A program made the translations under genes and the position numbers. A DNA stretch of 64,000 bases from an uncultured Planctomycetota bacterium (lineage in GTDB: Bacteria; Planctomycetota; Planctomycetia; Isosphaerales; Isosphaeraceae), in NCBI GenBank assembly GCA_963823665.1, contig CAWGMQ010000003.1:832001-896000 (forward strand). Direction: 5' to 3'. Below, piece after piece: positions 18,895 through 28,546 of the stretch. The notes beneath the pieces were generated by a model. That model did not search any database. It was not told where the DNA came from and worked only from the letters and a program-made list of their open reading frames with translations. The stretch's first letter is position 1. Each line of letters opens with the position of its first letter.

Positions 18895-18931
18895 ACCCCC
18901 CTGGCCCCCCTTTTTGCAAGGGGGGGAAGGG
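18895..18931. repeat. Poly-C/poly-G REP-like palindrome (same class as 44694-45001)
   Basis: ACCCCCCTGGCCCCCCTTTTTGCAAGGGGGGGAAGGG. Confidence 0.8.
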
Positions 18932-19329
18932 AGCGGGCCGGTTACGCTTGCTTACGTTCCGGGGACACCATGCCTAATTCTTCGAACGTCCCTCCGGGGC
19001 AGGTTTTTACTTTCTCGGTATTCGCCCGTGTTTTTTTGGAGCGACGGTCGAAACGCTCCCTCTCCCAGCGGTCGGCCGGCATCTTCTTTCGATCGAAAGA
19101 GCTTTATGTCCTCCTCTCGAATCACACCTGCAAGAAAGCTGCGCCAGTTTGGGGGCCAGCTCAAGGGGAAAAGTCATTCTCGATCCGTGATATCTAGGAA
19201 ATTTCTCGCCTCGCATGTAGCAGCGGGTGTATCCTGTTGTCGTTGCCGATTTCAAGAGGCCTCGTCAGCAAGGTGCCGCACCTGGTCCGTGGCCTCTTCG
19301 TCCAACGACCCGACAACCGGAGACACGAC

Positions 19330-19911
19330 ATGATGAAGAAACTCGGATTCGCAGCCGCTCTCGCCGTCGCGGCGACGCTCGTCATCGGAGCGCCGGCGAT
19401 GGCCCAGACCGCCAAGAAGAAGCAGCAGCGCATCAGCCCGCACGAGACGATCACGGAGACGATTGACGGTAACGAGGTGAAGCTCGTCTACGGGCGCCCA
19501 TACACCAAGAAACCTGGGACCGACGAGGTCCGCAAAATTTGGGGCGGCCTGGTCCCGTACGGCAAGGTCTGGCGGACTGGCGCTGACGAAGCGACCCTGC
19601 TCACGACCAAGGAGCCGATCGAGATCGGCGGCTACTCACTCGCCGCCGGCACGTATTCACTGTTCACCGTCCCTAACGAGGACGGCACCGCCAAGCTCAT
19701 CATCAACAAGAAGACCGGGCAGTGGGGCGTCCCCTATAAAGAAGAGTCCGAGAAGGCCAACGAGCTGGCGCGGGTGGACCTCAAGAAGTCGGACCTCGAT
19801 AAGGACGTTGACCAGTTCACGATGGCGATCGAGAAGGAGGACGGCGGGGGTAAGCTCAAAATGTGTTGGGAGAAAACGGAGTACTCGATCAAGTTCACCG
19901 TGAAGAAATGA
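19330..19911 (+). CDS. DUF2911 domain exported protein
   Basis: Signal peptide (AMA-Q); YGRP, IWGGLVPYGKVWRTGADEAT, AGTYSLFTVP and QWG motifs; GGAG RBS. Confidence 0.9.
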   Translation: MMKKLGFAAALAVAATLVIGAPAMAQTAKKKQQRISPHETITETIDGNEVKLVYGRPYTKKPGTDEVRKIWGGLVPYGKVWRTGADEATLLTTKEPIEIGGYSLAAGTYSLFTVPNEDGTAKLIINKKTGQWGVPYKEESEKANELARVDLKKSDLDKDVDQFTMAIEKEDGGGKLKMCWEKTEYSIKFTVKK

Positions 19912-19953
19912 GGCCGAAAGGCCGCGTGCTCACACTGATTTCCATCGCGGCCC

Positions 19954-22491
19954 ATGCGGTCGCGATGGATTCTTCAACTCCGGGGCTCGCCCATGCTTGC
20001 ACCACGACTCTCCGGCGGCTCGAAACGGCTCGTTCCGCTCGTCCTGGCCGGAGCCTTGCTGGCCGGCCCGATTTCCAGCGGCCGCGGCGCGGAGCCGATG
20101 ACCGCCCAGGAAACGCTACGCGAGCTGCGCGGGTTTCGCGAGCTGGGGAGCGTCTTGTACGTGGCCGCACACCCCGACGATGAGAACACCCAGCTCATCG
20201 CTTACCTGGCGCACGGGCGCTCCTACCGCACAGCCTACCTCTCGCTCACGCGGGGCGACGGCGGCCAGAACGTGATCGGCCCCGAGTTTTTCGAGGAGCT
20301 GGGAGTGATCCGCACCCAGGAACTGCTCGCCGCGCACCGCCTGGACGGCGGCCGGCAGTTCTTTACCCGCGCTGTCGACTTCGGCTTCTCGAAGAATTCC
20401 GCCGAGACGCTTCGAATCTGGGACCGGAAGGCGGTGGTCTCCGACATCGTGCGGGTGATCCGGACTTTTCGGCCCGACCTGATCATCACGCGCTTCTCAC
20501 CCCAGGGGGGCGGGCATGGACACCACACAGCGTCCGCGATCCTGGCGGTCGAGGCATTCAAGCTCGCGGGCGACCCCACGGCGTTCCCCGATCAGATCGG
20601 CGAGCTCGCCGCGTGGCAGCCCAAGCGAATTCTTCAGGACGGCGGCGGACCCGGCGGCCGGGGCGGCGGCGGGTCGGGATCGCTCCGCGTCGAGATCGGC
20701 GGGGATGACCCGGTTTCCGGCGAGCCGCTCGGGACGATTGCCGGGCGCAGCCGGGCCATGCACAAGAGCCAGGGCTTCGGCGACTTCGCCGGCCGCGGCG
20801 GGGGTGGCGGTCCCCGCACCGGCTCGTTCACGCTCCTGGCCGGCGAGCCCGCGACCAACGGCATCATGGACGGCGTCGACACGACCTGGGCCCGTGTGCC
20901 AGGCGGGGCGCCTGTCGCAAAGCTGGCCGACGAGGCGGTCGCGCAGTTCGACTTGAAAGACCCTGCCGCTAGCGTGCCGCGTCTGGTGGCGATCCGCGCG
21001 CGGCTGGCTTCGCTCCCCGTCGACCCCGTCGTGGCCGAGAAGCGGCGCCAGCTCGACCGGGCGATCCAGGGCTGCCTCGGACTCGTGGTCGAAACGACCG
21101 TCCCCCGAGCCGAAGCCGTGCCGGGCGAGAAGCTGCACCTTCAGCATCGGGCGACGGTCGCGGCGAGTGTCCCCGTCCGCTGGTTGTCGGTGTCTTATCC
21201 GCTCACGGGCCGATCAATCGACGTGCCGATCGAGCTGACAGCCGGCCGCCCCGCCACCCGCGACGTGGACCAGACGCTGCCGGCCGACTCGCCGCTTGGC
21301 CAGCCGTACTGGCTGCGCGCGGAGCACACTGTCGGCCTCTTCAAGGTCGACCCCGCCACGTTGATCGGACGCCCCGAGAACCCGCCGGCATTCCCGATCG
21401 AACACCGATTCCAGGTCGGCGATCAGACTCTTGAGATCGCCGACGTCGCTGCTGGAGCCGCAGAGCAGGGACAGCCGGCCCGGCGGCTCGAAGTCATCGC
21501 GCCCGTAGCGCTGCGGTTCGTCTCGGAGGTGCGACTCTTCGCCCCGGGGTCGGAGCGTCGCGTCGACGTCGAGGTGACGGCCGCGCGCGACGGCGCGGCG
21601 GGCCGGCTCGACCTCCAGGCGCCCAGTGGTTGGACGGTCACGCCCGCGTCACAGCCGTTCCGGCTCGCGTCGGCCGGCGACCACGCGCTCTTGGCGTTCA
21701 CCGTCAAAGCCCCGTCCGAAACGGGTACGGCCACACTCGCGGCCGAGGCTCGCGTGGGCGATCGGACCTGGAACACCGGCAAGGTCGTGATCCGGCACCA
21801 GCACATCCCCGTCCAGTTACTCCAGCCGGCCGCGCGACTGAAGGCCGTCGCCCTCGACCTCTCGATCAAGGGCCGCCGCGTCGGGTATGTCTCCGGCGCC
21901 GGCGACCGGGTGGCCGAGAGCCTCGCGGAAATGGGCTACCAGGTCACGCCGCTGGCCGGAGCGGATCTCACCCCCGATAAGCTCGGCAATCTCGACGCCG
22001 TCGTGATCGGCGTCCGCGCCTACAACGTGCGCACGGACCTCGACGCCGCCCTGCCGGCGCTGTTCGCCTACGTCGAGGGGGGCGGGACGGTGGTCGCCCA
22101 GTACAACCGGCCGAACGAGCTCAAGACGAACCGGCTCGCCCCCTACGACCTGCGGCTATCTGGCGCCCGCGTTACCGACGAAACGGCGCCGGTTGCCTTT
22201 CTCGCACCCGACCACCCCGTGCTCACGACGCCCAACAAGGTCAGCCAGACCGACATGGAAGGCTGGGTGCAGGAGCGTGGTATTTACTTCCCGGCGCAAT
22301 GGGACTCGCACTTCACTCCGATCCTCGCATCGGGCGACCCGGGCGAGACGCCGCTCAAGGGAGGCCTGCTCGTGGCGAAGCATGGCCGGGGCCACTTCGT
22401 CTATACCGGGCTCGTCTTCTTCCGGCAATTGCCCGCCGGAGTCCCCGGGGCCTACCGGCTCTTCGCCAATCTGGTCTCGCTCGGCAAATGA
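19954..22491 (+). CDS. Large exported PIG-L/LmbE family deacetylase with C-terminal Ig-like and GATase-like domains
   Basis: Signal peptide; AAHPDDE, LTRGDGGQN, RTQELLAA, DFGFSK and GHGHH motifs; C-terminal GWVQERG and GAYRLFANL; alternative start at 19993. Confidence 0.9.
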   Translation: MRSRWILQLRGSPMLAPRLSGGSKRLVPLVLAGALLAGPISSGRGAEPMTAQETLRELRGFRELGSVLYVAAHPDDENTQLIAYLAHGRSYRTAYLSLTRGDGGQNVIGPEFFEELGVIRTQELLAAHRLDGGRQFFTRAVDFGFSKNSAETLRIWDRKAVVSDIVRVIRTFRPDLIITRFSPQGGGHGHHTASAILAVEAFKLAGDPTAFPDQIGELAAWQPKRILQDGGGPGGRGGGGSGSLRVEIGGDDPVSGEPLGTIAGRSRAMHKSQGFGDFAGRGGGGGPRTGSFTLLAGEPATNGIMDGVDTTWARVPGGAPVAKLADEAVAQFDLKDPAASVPRLVAIRARLASLPVDPVVAEKRRQLDRAIQGCLGLVVETTVPRAEAVPGEKLHLQHRATVAASVPVRWLSVSYPLTGRSIDVPIELTAGRPATRDVDQTLPADSPLGQPYWLRAEHTVGLFKVDPATLIGRPENPPAFPIEHRFQVGDQTLEIADVAAGAAEQGQPARRLEVIAPVALRFVSEVRLFAPGSERRVDVEVTAARDGAAGRLDLQAPSGWTVTPASQPFRLASAGDHALLAFTVKAPSETGTATLAAEARVGDRTWNTGKVVIRHQHIPVQLLQPAARLKAVALDLSIKGRRVGYVSGAGDRVAESLAEMGYQVTPLAGADLTPDKLGNLDAVVIGVRAYNVRTDLDAALPALFAYVEGGGTVVAQYNRPNELKTNRLAPYDLRLSGARVTDETAPVAFLAPDHPVLTTPNKVSQTDMEGWVQERGIYFPAQWDSHFTPILASGDPGETPLKGGLLVAKHGRGHFVYTGLVFFRQLPAGVPGAYRLFANLVSLGK

Positions 22492-22670
22492 CCATCCGGG
22501 ACGACGATCGAGCCGGTCCGCCGCACCCGAGCGGCTGCGCGGAGGAACCGCCGGACGGGGCGACTGGCCTGCCCTGGCCGAGGACGTGGCCGGGCGTTTA
22601 CGCGCTGGTGCTCATCTGCTTCGTCGCATGGGTGGTCTTGCTCGTCGTGCTAGAGCGGAGCTATCCATGA
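22488..22670 (+). CDS. Small single-pass membrane protein, probable symporter accessory subunit
   Basis: ATGA overlaps at both ends; TWPGVYALVLICFVAWVVLLVVL transmembrane segment. Confidence 0.7.
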   Translation: MTIRDDDRAGPPHPSGCAEEPPDGATGLPWPRTWPGVYALVLICFVAWVVLLVVLERSYP

Positions 22671-24382
22671 CTCTGCTCGACTTCGTGGTGCTCGCCGGTA
22701 GCATGGTCGGGATCGCGGCCCTCGGCGTCTGGCAGACACGCGGGCGGCAGGAGCTGAGCTATTACCTGAAGGGCGACCGGCGCACCGGCTGGGCCGCCAT
22801 CGGCATCTCGGTCATGGCGACGCAGGCAAGCGCAGTGACGTTCCTCTCGATGCCCGGCCAGGGGTACCAGGACGGCCTGGGATTCGTTCAAAACTACTTT
22901 GGCGCCCCGCTCGCCCTGATCATCATCGCGGCGGTGTTCTTACCGATGTATCGCCGGCTGAAGGTGTACACGGCGTACGAGTACCTCGGGCGCCGGTTCG
23001 ACGCCAAGACCCGGCTTCTGGGCGCAGGCCTTTTTCTCCTCCAGCGCGGCTTGCAAGCGGGGATCACGGTGTACGCCCCCGCGATCATCCTCTCGACGGT
23101 GCTGCACTGGCGCACCGACGCCACGATCCTGCTCTCCGGGCTGGTCGTGATCGCCTACACGGCGGCGGGCGGCAGCCAGGCAGTGAACGTGACGCAGAAG
23201 TACCAGCTCGGCGTGATTTTCTGCGGGATGCTGGCAGCCTTCATCGTCCTGCTGCGCCGGTTGCCACCCGGCGTCGGGTTCGACGACGCCTTGGCCTTGG
23301 CCGGCGGCTTCGGTAAGTTAAACGGGGTCGATTTCTCGGTCGACGCGAGCCGGCGTTACACGTTCTGGTCGGGGCTGCTGGGAGGTCTTTTTCTGGCGCT
23401 GTCGTACTTCGGCACCGATCAGTCTCAGGTCCAGCGCTATCTGTCCGGAACATCGCTCCGCGAGAGCCGGCTCGGCCTGATGTTCAACGCCGTGCTAAAG
23501 ATTCCCATGCAGTTTTTTATCCTGCTCCTGGGGACGATGGTGTTCGTCTTCTACCAGTTCGAGCCGTCGCCGATTTACTTCAACCGCGTGGCCTGGGAGC
23601 GCGGGCTAAAGCGCGATCCGGACGGCCGGCTCCGGTCGCTCGAGCAGCACTTTGGAGAGCTTCACACCGAGAAGCGGCGCGCCGTCCTGGACTGGCTCCA
23701 TGCCCGCGAGAGCGGCGACCGCTCGGCCGAGGCTGCGGCGCGAATTCGGGCCCTGTCCGCGCACGATCGAAGTCAGGCCGCGCGGGCCGAGGCCAGGGCG
23801 GCCCTGGAATCGTTCACCTCGAGCGGCAAAGCTCCGGATACCGATTACGTGTTCATCAGCTTCATCCTCGGCCATCTCCCACATGGGATGATCGGTCTCT
23901 TGATCGCCGCGTTCTTCGGCGCCACGCTCTCGTCGAAGGCCGCCGAGCTGAACGCGCTGGCGTCGACAACGACGGTCGATTTCTACCGGCACATCGTCGT
24001 GCGCCAGGCGAGCGACGCACATTACGTAGGCGCCACGCGCTGGTTCACCGTGATGTGGGGGGCGATCGCGGTCGGCTTCGCGCTCTTCGCCAGCCTGGCG
24101 GAGAACCTGATCCAGGCGGTGAACATCGTGGCCTCGATCTTCTACGGCGTGGTCCTCGGCCTGTTCATCGTCGCGTTTTTCCTGCGGCAGGTGCACGGGA
24201 CCGCCGTCTTCTGGGCGGCGATCGCGGCGCAGCTCCTGGTGTTCGTGCTCTTCGCCACCCTGGAGATCAGCTACCTGTGGTATAACCTGATCGGCTGTGC
24301 GGCCTGCATGGGGTTCAGCCTCGCGCTGCAGGCGGCGATCGGCCCCGGCCCGTCCGCCGCGGAGGCGCCCGAGAACCCATGA
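22667..24382 (+). CDS. Sodium:solute symporter family protein
   Basis: SVMATQASAVTFLS, TAYEYLGRRF, YFGTDQSQVQRYL and ELNALASTTTVDFY motifs; many TM helices. Confidence 0.93.
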   Translation: MTLLDFVVLAGSMVGIAALGVWQTRGRQELSYYLKGDRRTGWAAIGISVMATQASAVTFLSMPGQGYQDGLGFVQNYFGAPLALIIIAAVFLPMYRRLKVYTAYEYLGRRFDAKTRLLGAGLFLLQRGLQAGITVYAPAIILSTVLHWRTDATILLSGLVVIAYTAAGGSQAVNVTQKYQLGVIFCGMLAAFIVLLRRLPPGVGFDDALALAGGFGKLNGVDFSVDASRRYTFWSGLLGGLFLALSYFGTDQSQVQRYLSGTSLRESRLGLMFNAVLKIPMQFFILLLGTMVFVFYQFEPSPIYFNRVAWERGLKRDPDGRLRSLEQHFGELHTEKRRAVLDWLHARESGDRSAEAAARIRALSAHDRSQAARAEARAALESFTSSGKAPDTDYVFISFILGHLPHGMIGLLIAAFFGATLSSKAAELNALASTTTVDFYRHIVVRQASDAHYVGATRWFTVMWGAIAVGFALFASLAENLIQAVNIVASIFYGVVLGLFIVAFFLRQVHGTAVFWAAIAAQLLVFVLFATLEISYLWYNLIGCAACMGFSLALQAAIGPGPSAAEAPENP

Positions 24383-25167
24383 ACGCACAAGTGACGACCA
24401 CTCCCGTCATCTGCTTCGGCCAGCAGCCATGCGGCTTCTTCCCGCGGCGCTATCTCTACGCCAAGATCGCCACGGCACGGCGGCTTCAGGCGGAGCTCGG
24501 CGGCGAGGTCGTCTTCTTCTGCCATGACAGCGACCACGACTTCCGCGAGACCCGCACCACTTTGCGCCACCGCAAGACGGGCGAGCCGCTCCAGCTCAAT
24601 TTCGCCTTCGACAACCAGGTGCAGCGGAAGTTCTCGCCGCTGTACTTGAAGCGGGTGCGCGCCGACTGGCACGCCCGCACCGCTCTGCAGATTCGACCCT
24701 ACGTCGACCCCCGGTGCGAAGACGCATTCCGCGCCGTCGAATCTCGATTTGTCGCCGATTTCTGCATCGAGATGTACCGAAGGATGGGCCTGCTCGAGGG
24801 CATTCGCGTCGCGCGCTCGTGCGAAGCGTCCTTTCGCAGCGCGGCGTGCGAGGTGGAAGACTTCTACGTCGACGTGCCGTACGAAGGCGAGGTCGTGCGG
24901 GCCCGGCCCGTCGATGGCCGGCTCAGGCTTTACAAGGGGGGTGATCAGTATGTGGACCTTCCGGACGTGAAGTTTACACGTGAGCAGATCAGCCCGACGC
25001 GCGACACCCGGCTGCGCTGGATGCAGTCGGTGATCCGGTGCACCCACTACGTAGCAGGAGCCAGCGAGCAGAGTTATCTTCGCAAGGAGGACGCGCCGGA
25101 GATCACTTACGTCGTTCGCGACACCATCGATCGGCCCGAGGAAGCCTATGTCGAAGTCTCATCCTGA
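24379..25167 (+). CDS. Compact BshC-like protein (putative ligase), 262 aa
   Basis: GQQ...LYAKI, VVFF.HDSDHDFRE and ISP...R..MQ....HYVAGASEQSY correspond to the BshC motifs GQQ, EDHD, SPNxxxRP..Q and GPGE..Y; directly upstream of bshB1 and bshA. Confidence 0.65.
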   Translation: MNAQVTTTPVICFGQQPCGFFPRRYLYAKIATARRLQAELGGEVVFFCHDSDHDFRETRTTLRHRKTGEPLQLNFAFDNQVQRKFSPLYLKRVRADWHARTALQIRPYVDPRCEDAFRAVESRFVADFCIEMYRRMGLLEGIRVARSCEASFRSAACEVEDFYVDVPYEGEVVRARPVDGRLRLYKGGDQYVDLPDVKFTREQISPTRDTRLRWMQSVIRCTHYVAGASEQSYLRKEDAPEITYVVRDTIDRPEEAYVEVSS

Positions 25168-25876
25168 GCTGGGACCCCTCGTGGCCTTTGGCGCCCATCC
25201 CGACGACGTCGAGCTCGGCTGCGGCGCGGTGGTGGCTCTGGAGGCCCGCGCCGGGCGGCCCGCCCATGTGATTGTCTGCTCGCGTGGCGAGTCAGCCACC
25301 CACGGCACGCCCGATGAGCGCATCCGCGAGTGCCAGACCGCGGCGAAGCTGCTGGGGGCATCGCTCGAGCTGATCGAGCTCGACGGCGACGCCCACCTCG
25401 AACTCAAGGCCGCCCACGCGATCCGGCTCGCCGGGGTGATCCGGCGGTTGCGGCCGGCGGTGGTCCTGGCGCCCTCTCTCGTCGAGAACCAGCATCCGGA
25501 CCACTCCCGGCTGGGGCGCCTGGTGCGCGACGCCGCCCGCATCGCCCGCTACGGCGGAGTTGCCGAACTGCGCGACCTGGCCCCGCACTCGATCGAGCTG
25601 CTCTTCTATTATGCACTGGCGCCGGGCGCCGAGCCTCTCGATGTGACCCCGGTCTTGGTCGACGTCTCGGCGCCCGAGGTCCTGGCTGCGTGGAGCGCCG
25701 CGATGAAGGCGCACACGACGCAGGTGAAGGCCCGACCCTACGTCGAAATGCAACAGACGCGAGCCCGCGTGAATGGGCTGCGGGCCGGCACCGGCCACGC
25801 GATCGCCCTCTACCCCAACGACCCTCCCGTCGTCGACTCGCTGGCGCGGCTGGGCCGCAGCACGAACCGGTTCTGA
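25148..25876 (+). CDS. bshB1: Bacillithiol biosynthesis deacetylase BshB1-like (PIG-L family)
   Basis: FGAHPDDVELGCG, SRGESATHGTPDERIRE and QHPDH motifs; adjacent to bshA. Confidence 0.78.
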   Translation: MSKSHPELGPLVAFGAHPDDVELGCGAVVALEARAGRPAHVIVCSRGESATHGTPDERIRECQTAAKLLGASLELIELDGDAHLELKAAHAIRLAGVIRRLRPAVVLAPSLVENQHPDHSRLGRLVRDAARIARYGGVAELRDLAPHSIELLFYYALAPGAEPLDVTPVLVDVSAPEVLAAWSAAMKAHTTQVKARPYVEMQQTRARVNGLRAGTGHAIALYPNDPPVVDSLARLGRSTNRF

Positions 25877-25877
25877 C

Positions 25878-27014
25878 ATGCCCGCTTCTCGCCCTCTGCG
25901 CATCGGCATCACGTGTTACCCGTCGGTGGGCGGAAGCGGCATCCTCGCGACCTCGATGGGCATCGACCTTGCGCGGCGCGGCCACGATGTGCATTTCATC
26001 TGCTACGAGCGCCCGTTTCGCCTCCCGAGCGATCTACCCCGCGTCCACTTCCATCCGGTCGCCATCAACGACTACGGCCTGTTCAAGTACCCGGACTACA
26101 CGCTGCCGCTCTCGGTGAAGATGGCCGAGGTCAGTCGCGAATTCCGGCTTGACGTGCTCCACGTCCATTACGCCGTGCCGCACGCCACGGCCGCGTTCCT
26201 CGCGCGGTCAATGCTGCCGCCCAGGCTGCGCCCGAAGGTCGTCACGACGCTCCACGGCACCGACACCACGTTACTCGGCCGCGATCCGGGCTACGCGCCG
26301 GCCTTGCGATACGCACTGACGCGTTCCGACGCCGTGACCGCCGTGTCCGAGTTCCTTCACGCCGAAACTCGCCGTGTTCTCGGCGTCAAGCGGCCGATCG
26401 AGGTTGTGCACAACTTCTTCGATCCGCGCCCACCGCGCAGGACGCGCGAGGCGGTGCGGCATGAGCTCGGCGTGACCGATGAGCTGGTCATCCTGCACAG
26501 CTCGAACCTGCGCCCGGTGAAGCGGATCGACCTGTTGCTCGAAGCGGCCGCGCGGGTGCGCCCGCAAGAATCGTTCCGCCTGGTGATCCTTGCGGGGGAC
26601 GACTTCGCGCCATTCGCCGGCGAGATCCGCCGTCTTGGCCTCGAACGCCGGGTGAGCGTGCTCGAGCGCGTGCTCGACATCGAGGACTACCTCCAGGCCG
26701 CCGACGTCGGGCTGTTCACATCGGATTCCGAGAGCTTCTGCCTGAGCATCCTCGAAGCGATGTGGTTTGGCTGTCCGAGCGTGGCGACGCGAGTGGGAGG
26801 CATCCCCGAGGTGGTGGAAGACGGCGTCTCGGGCCTCCTCGTCACCGCTGGTGACGCGGACGAGCTCGCCCGCGCTCTGGAAAGCCTATTGTCGAACCCG
26901 CCGCGCCGCCTCGCCATGGGCGAAGAAGCCCGCCGCCGAGCGCACGAGCGATTCTCCGCCGACGTCATCGTGCCGCTCTACGAGGCGCTCTACCGACGGG
27001 TCTGCCACATCTGA
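25878..27014 (+). CDS. bshA: N-acetyl-alpha-D-glucosaminyl L-malate synthase BshA (GT4)
   Basis: IGITCYPSVGGSG, LFKYPDY, LHVHYAVPHA, TTLHGTD, HSSNLRPVKR and ESFCLSILEAM are BshA-type motifs. Confidence 0.9.
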   Translation: MPASRPLRIGITCYPSVGGSGILATSMGIDLARRGHDVHFICYERPFRLPSDLPRVHFHPVAINDYGLFKYPDYTLPLSVKMAEVSREFRLDVLHVHYAVPHATAAFLARSMLPPRLRPKVVTTLHGTDTTLLGRDPGYAPALRYALTRSDAVTAVSEFLHAETRRVLGVKRPIEVVHNFFDPRPPRRTREAVRHELGVTDELVILHSSNLRPVKRIDLLLEAAARVRPQESFRLVILAGDDFAPFAGEIRRLGLERRVSVLERVLDIEDYLQAADVGLFTSDSESFCLSILEAMWFGCPSVATRVGGIPEVVEDGVSGLLVTAGDADELARALESLLSNPPRRLAMGEEARRRAHERFSADVIVPLYEALYRRVCHI

Positions 27015-27120
27015 CCCGTTTCCTGAGTCACACGTAAGTCCAAGCGCTGCAAGGCTGTGACGCTGTGACGCAGAAATGCGGGCACCCCAAATTGCAAATG
27101 CCACGTTCTGTGGAGGCTGA

Positions 27121-28110
27121 TCACCATTTCCACGCCGCTTGCAGCTCCGAATTGACAACGCACTCCGCCGGCCAGCGATCGCGCGAGAGCTCGACGATCG
27201 TCGACGCCGCCAGGTCGGCCATGTCGCTCATCGATCGAAGGTCGGTCCCGGCGATGTGCGGGCACAGGATGATATTCGGAACGCCGAGCAGCGGATTGTC
27301 CGGATCAGGCGGTTCCTTGCTCATGACGTCCAGGCCCGCGCCGGCAAGGTGGCCGGAGAGCACGGCTTCACGCAGGTCGCGTTCCACCACCAGGCCGCCG
27401 CGAGCGGTGTTGATCAGGTAAGAACCCGGCTTCATCTTCGCCAGGAACTCGCGGTTGACCATCCCACGGGTCGCATCGTTTAACGGCACGTGCAGGCTCA
27501 CGACGTCGGAGCAGGCGAGCAGGTCGTCGAGCGACATCCGCTTGATGCCATGCCGCTGGTCGAAGTCGGCGTCGACAATCGTATCGAAGGCAACCACGCG
27601 CACCTGGAATCCCGGCGCTCGCATCGCGACGGCGCGGCCGATGCGGCCCATTCCCACGAGGCCGAGCGTCATCCCACGCACCGGGCGAACCAGGGCGCGG
27701 TCCCAGCCTCCCGCGTGAATCACCCGGTCGTTGTGCACGATCCGGCGCGGCAGTGCCAGGAGCAATGCCCAGGTTTGCTCGGCGACGCTGTCCTGATTGG
27801 TGCCCGGAGTGATCGTCACCGCCACCTTGTGCGCCGAGGCGGCCTCGACGTCGATCAGGTCGTAGCCCACGCCGGTGCGGGCGATCACTCGCAACTTGGG
27901 GGCGAGCGGAAAGAGATCAGCCGACATGCGCTCTCCACCGGCGATCAAGGCATCAATCGTCCCCAGAAAGGGGTCAAGCTGCTCGCGCGTCAACGAGAAG
28001 TCGCCCTCGGGATCGACCACCTCGAACCCGGCGTCCGCCAGGATCTGGCGAAAGCGGCCTGGCTGTGATCGCAACAGATAAGGACCGATCAAAACTCTTG
28101 GCATGGTCAT
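27121..28110 (-). CDS. D-isomer-specific 2-hydroxyacid dehydrogenase (phosphoglycerate dehydrogenase-like)
   Basis: ARTGVGYD, GMGRIG, INTARG, GLDV..EP and PHIAG motifs. Confidence 0.92.
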   Translation of the reverse strand: MTMPRVLIGPYLLRSQPGRFRQILADAGFEVVDPEGDFSLTREQLDPFLGTIDALIAGGERMSADLFPLAPKLRVIARTGVGYDLIDVEAASAHKVAVTITPGTNQDSVAEQTWALLLALPRRIVHNDRVIHAGGWDRALVRPVRGMTLGLVGMGRIGRAVAMRAPGFQVRVVAFDTIVDADFDQRHGIKRMSLDDLLACSDVVSLHVPLNDATRGMVNREFLAKMKPGSYLINTARGGLVVERDLREAVLSGHLAGAGLDVMSKEPPDPDNPLLGVPNIILCPHIAGTDLRSMSDMADLAASTIVELSRDRWPAECVVNSELQAAWKW

Positions 28111-28546
28111 CTCGGTAGGAAGGAGGGTATGATCGGCCCAAATGGATGCTTCTCGACGAACGAGGGCGCCGATTTCTTGGCTCAAGGGCCGTCTTCGCCT
28201 TGCGTCGGGCCATTGCCCAACTTATTCTCATCGAAGCCGAAGGGCAACCTCGTTTCGCCGCCACCCTTCTTGTTGAGGCCTTCACGAGCCGTCCGATTTG
28301 AGCAGCGCGGCTTCCGTGATGAGACCGGGGGCGATCATGGCCGGGCAACGCCGCTCTTGACTGGTCCGAAATCCTGGCGACTATGGATTTAGGGGGGCAT
28401 CGTACGATCGAGACGAATTGGAGATTTCCGGGGCCCGTTCCGGCTGCGGGGTGTGGTAGACTTGTCCGAGGGAGCGCTGATAGCTTGCCGGCATTCGGTC
28501 AACCATCCTCGTTGGCAGATCCCGCCCTTGACGCAGAAAGCGCACT

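Noticed and set aside
22193..22666. N-terminal extension of the symporter ORF (likewise for glcD at 58083-58397)
   Set aside because: Overlaps upstream genes or is not protein-like; better starts exist at 22667 and 58082
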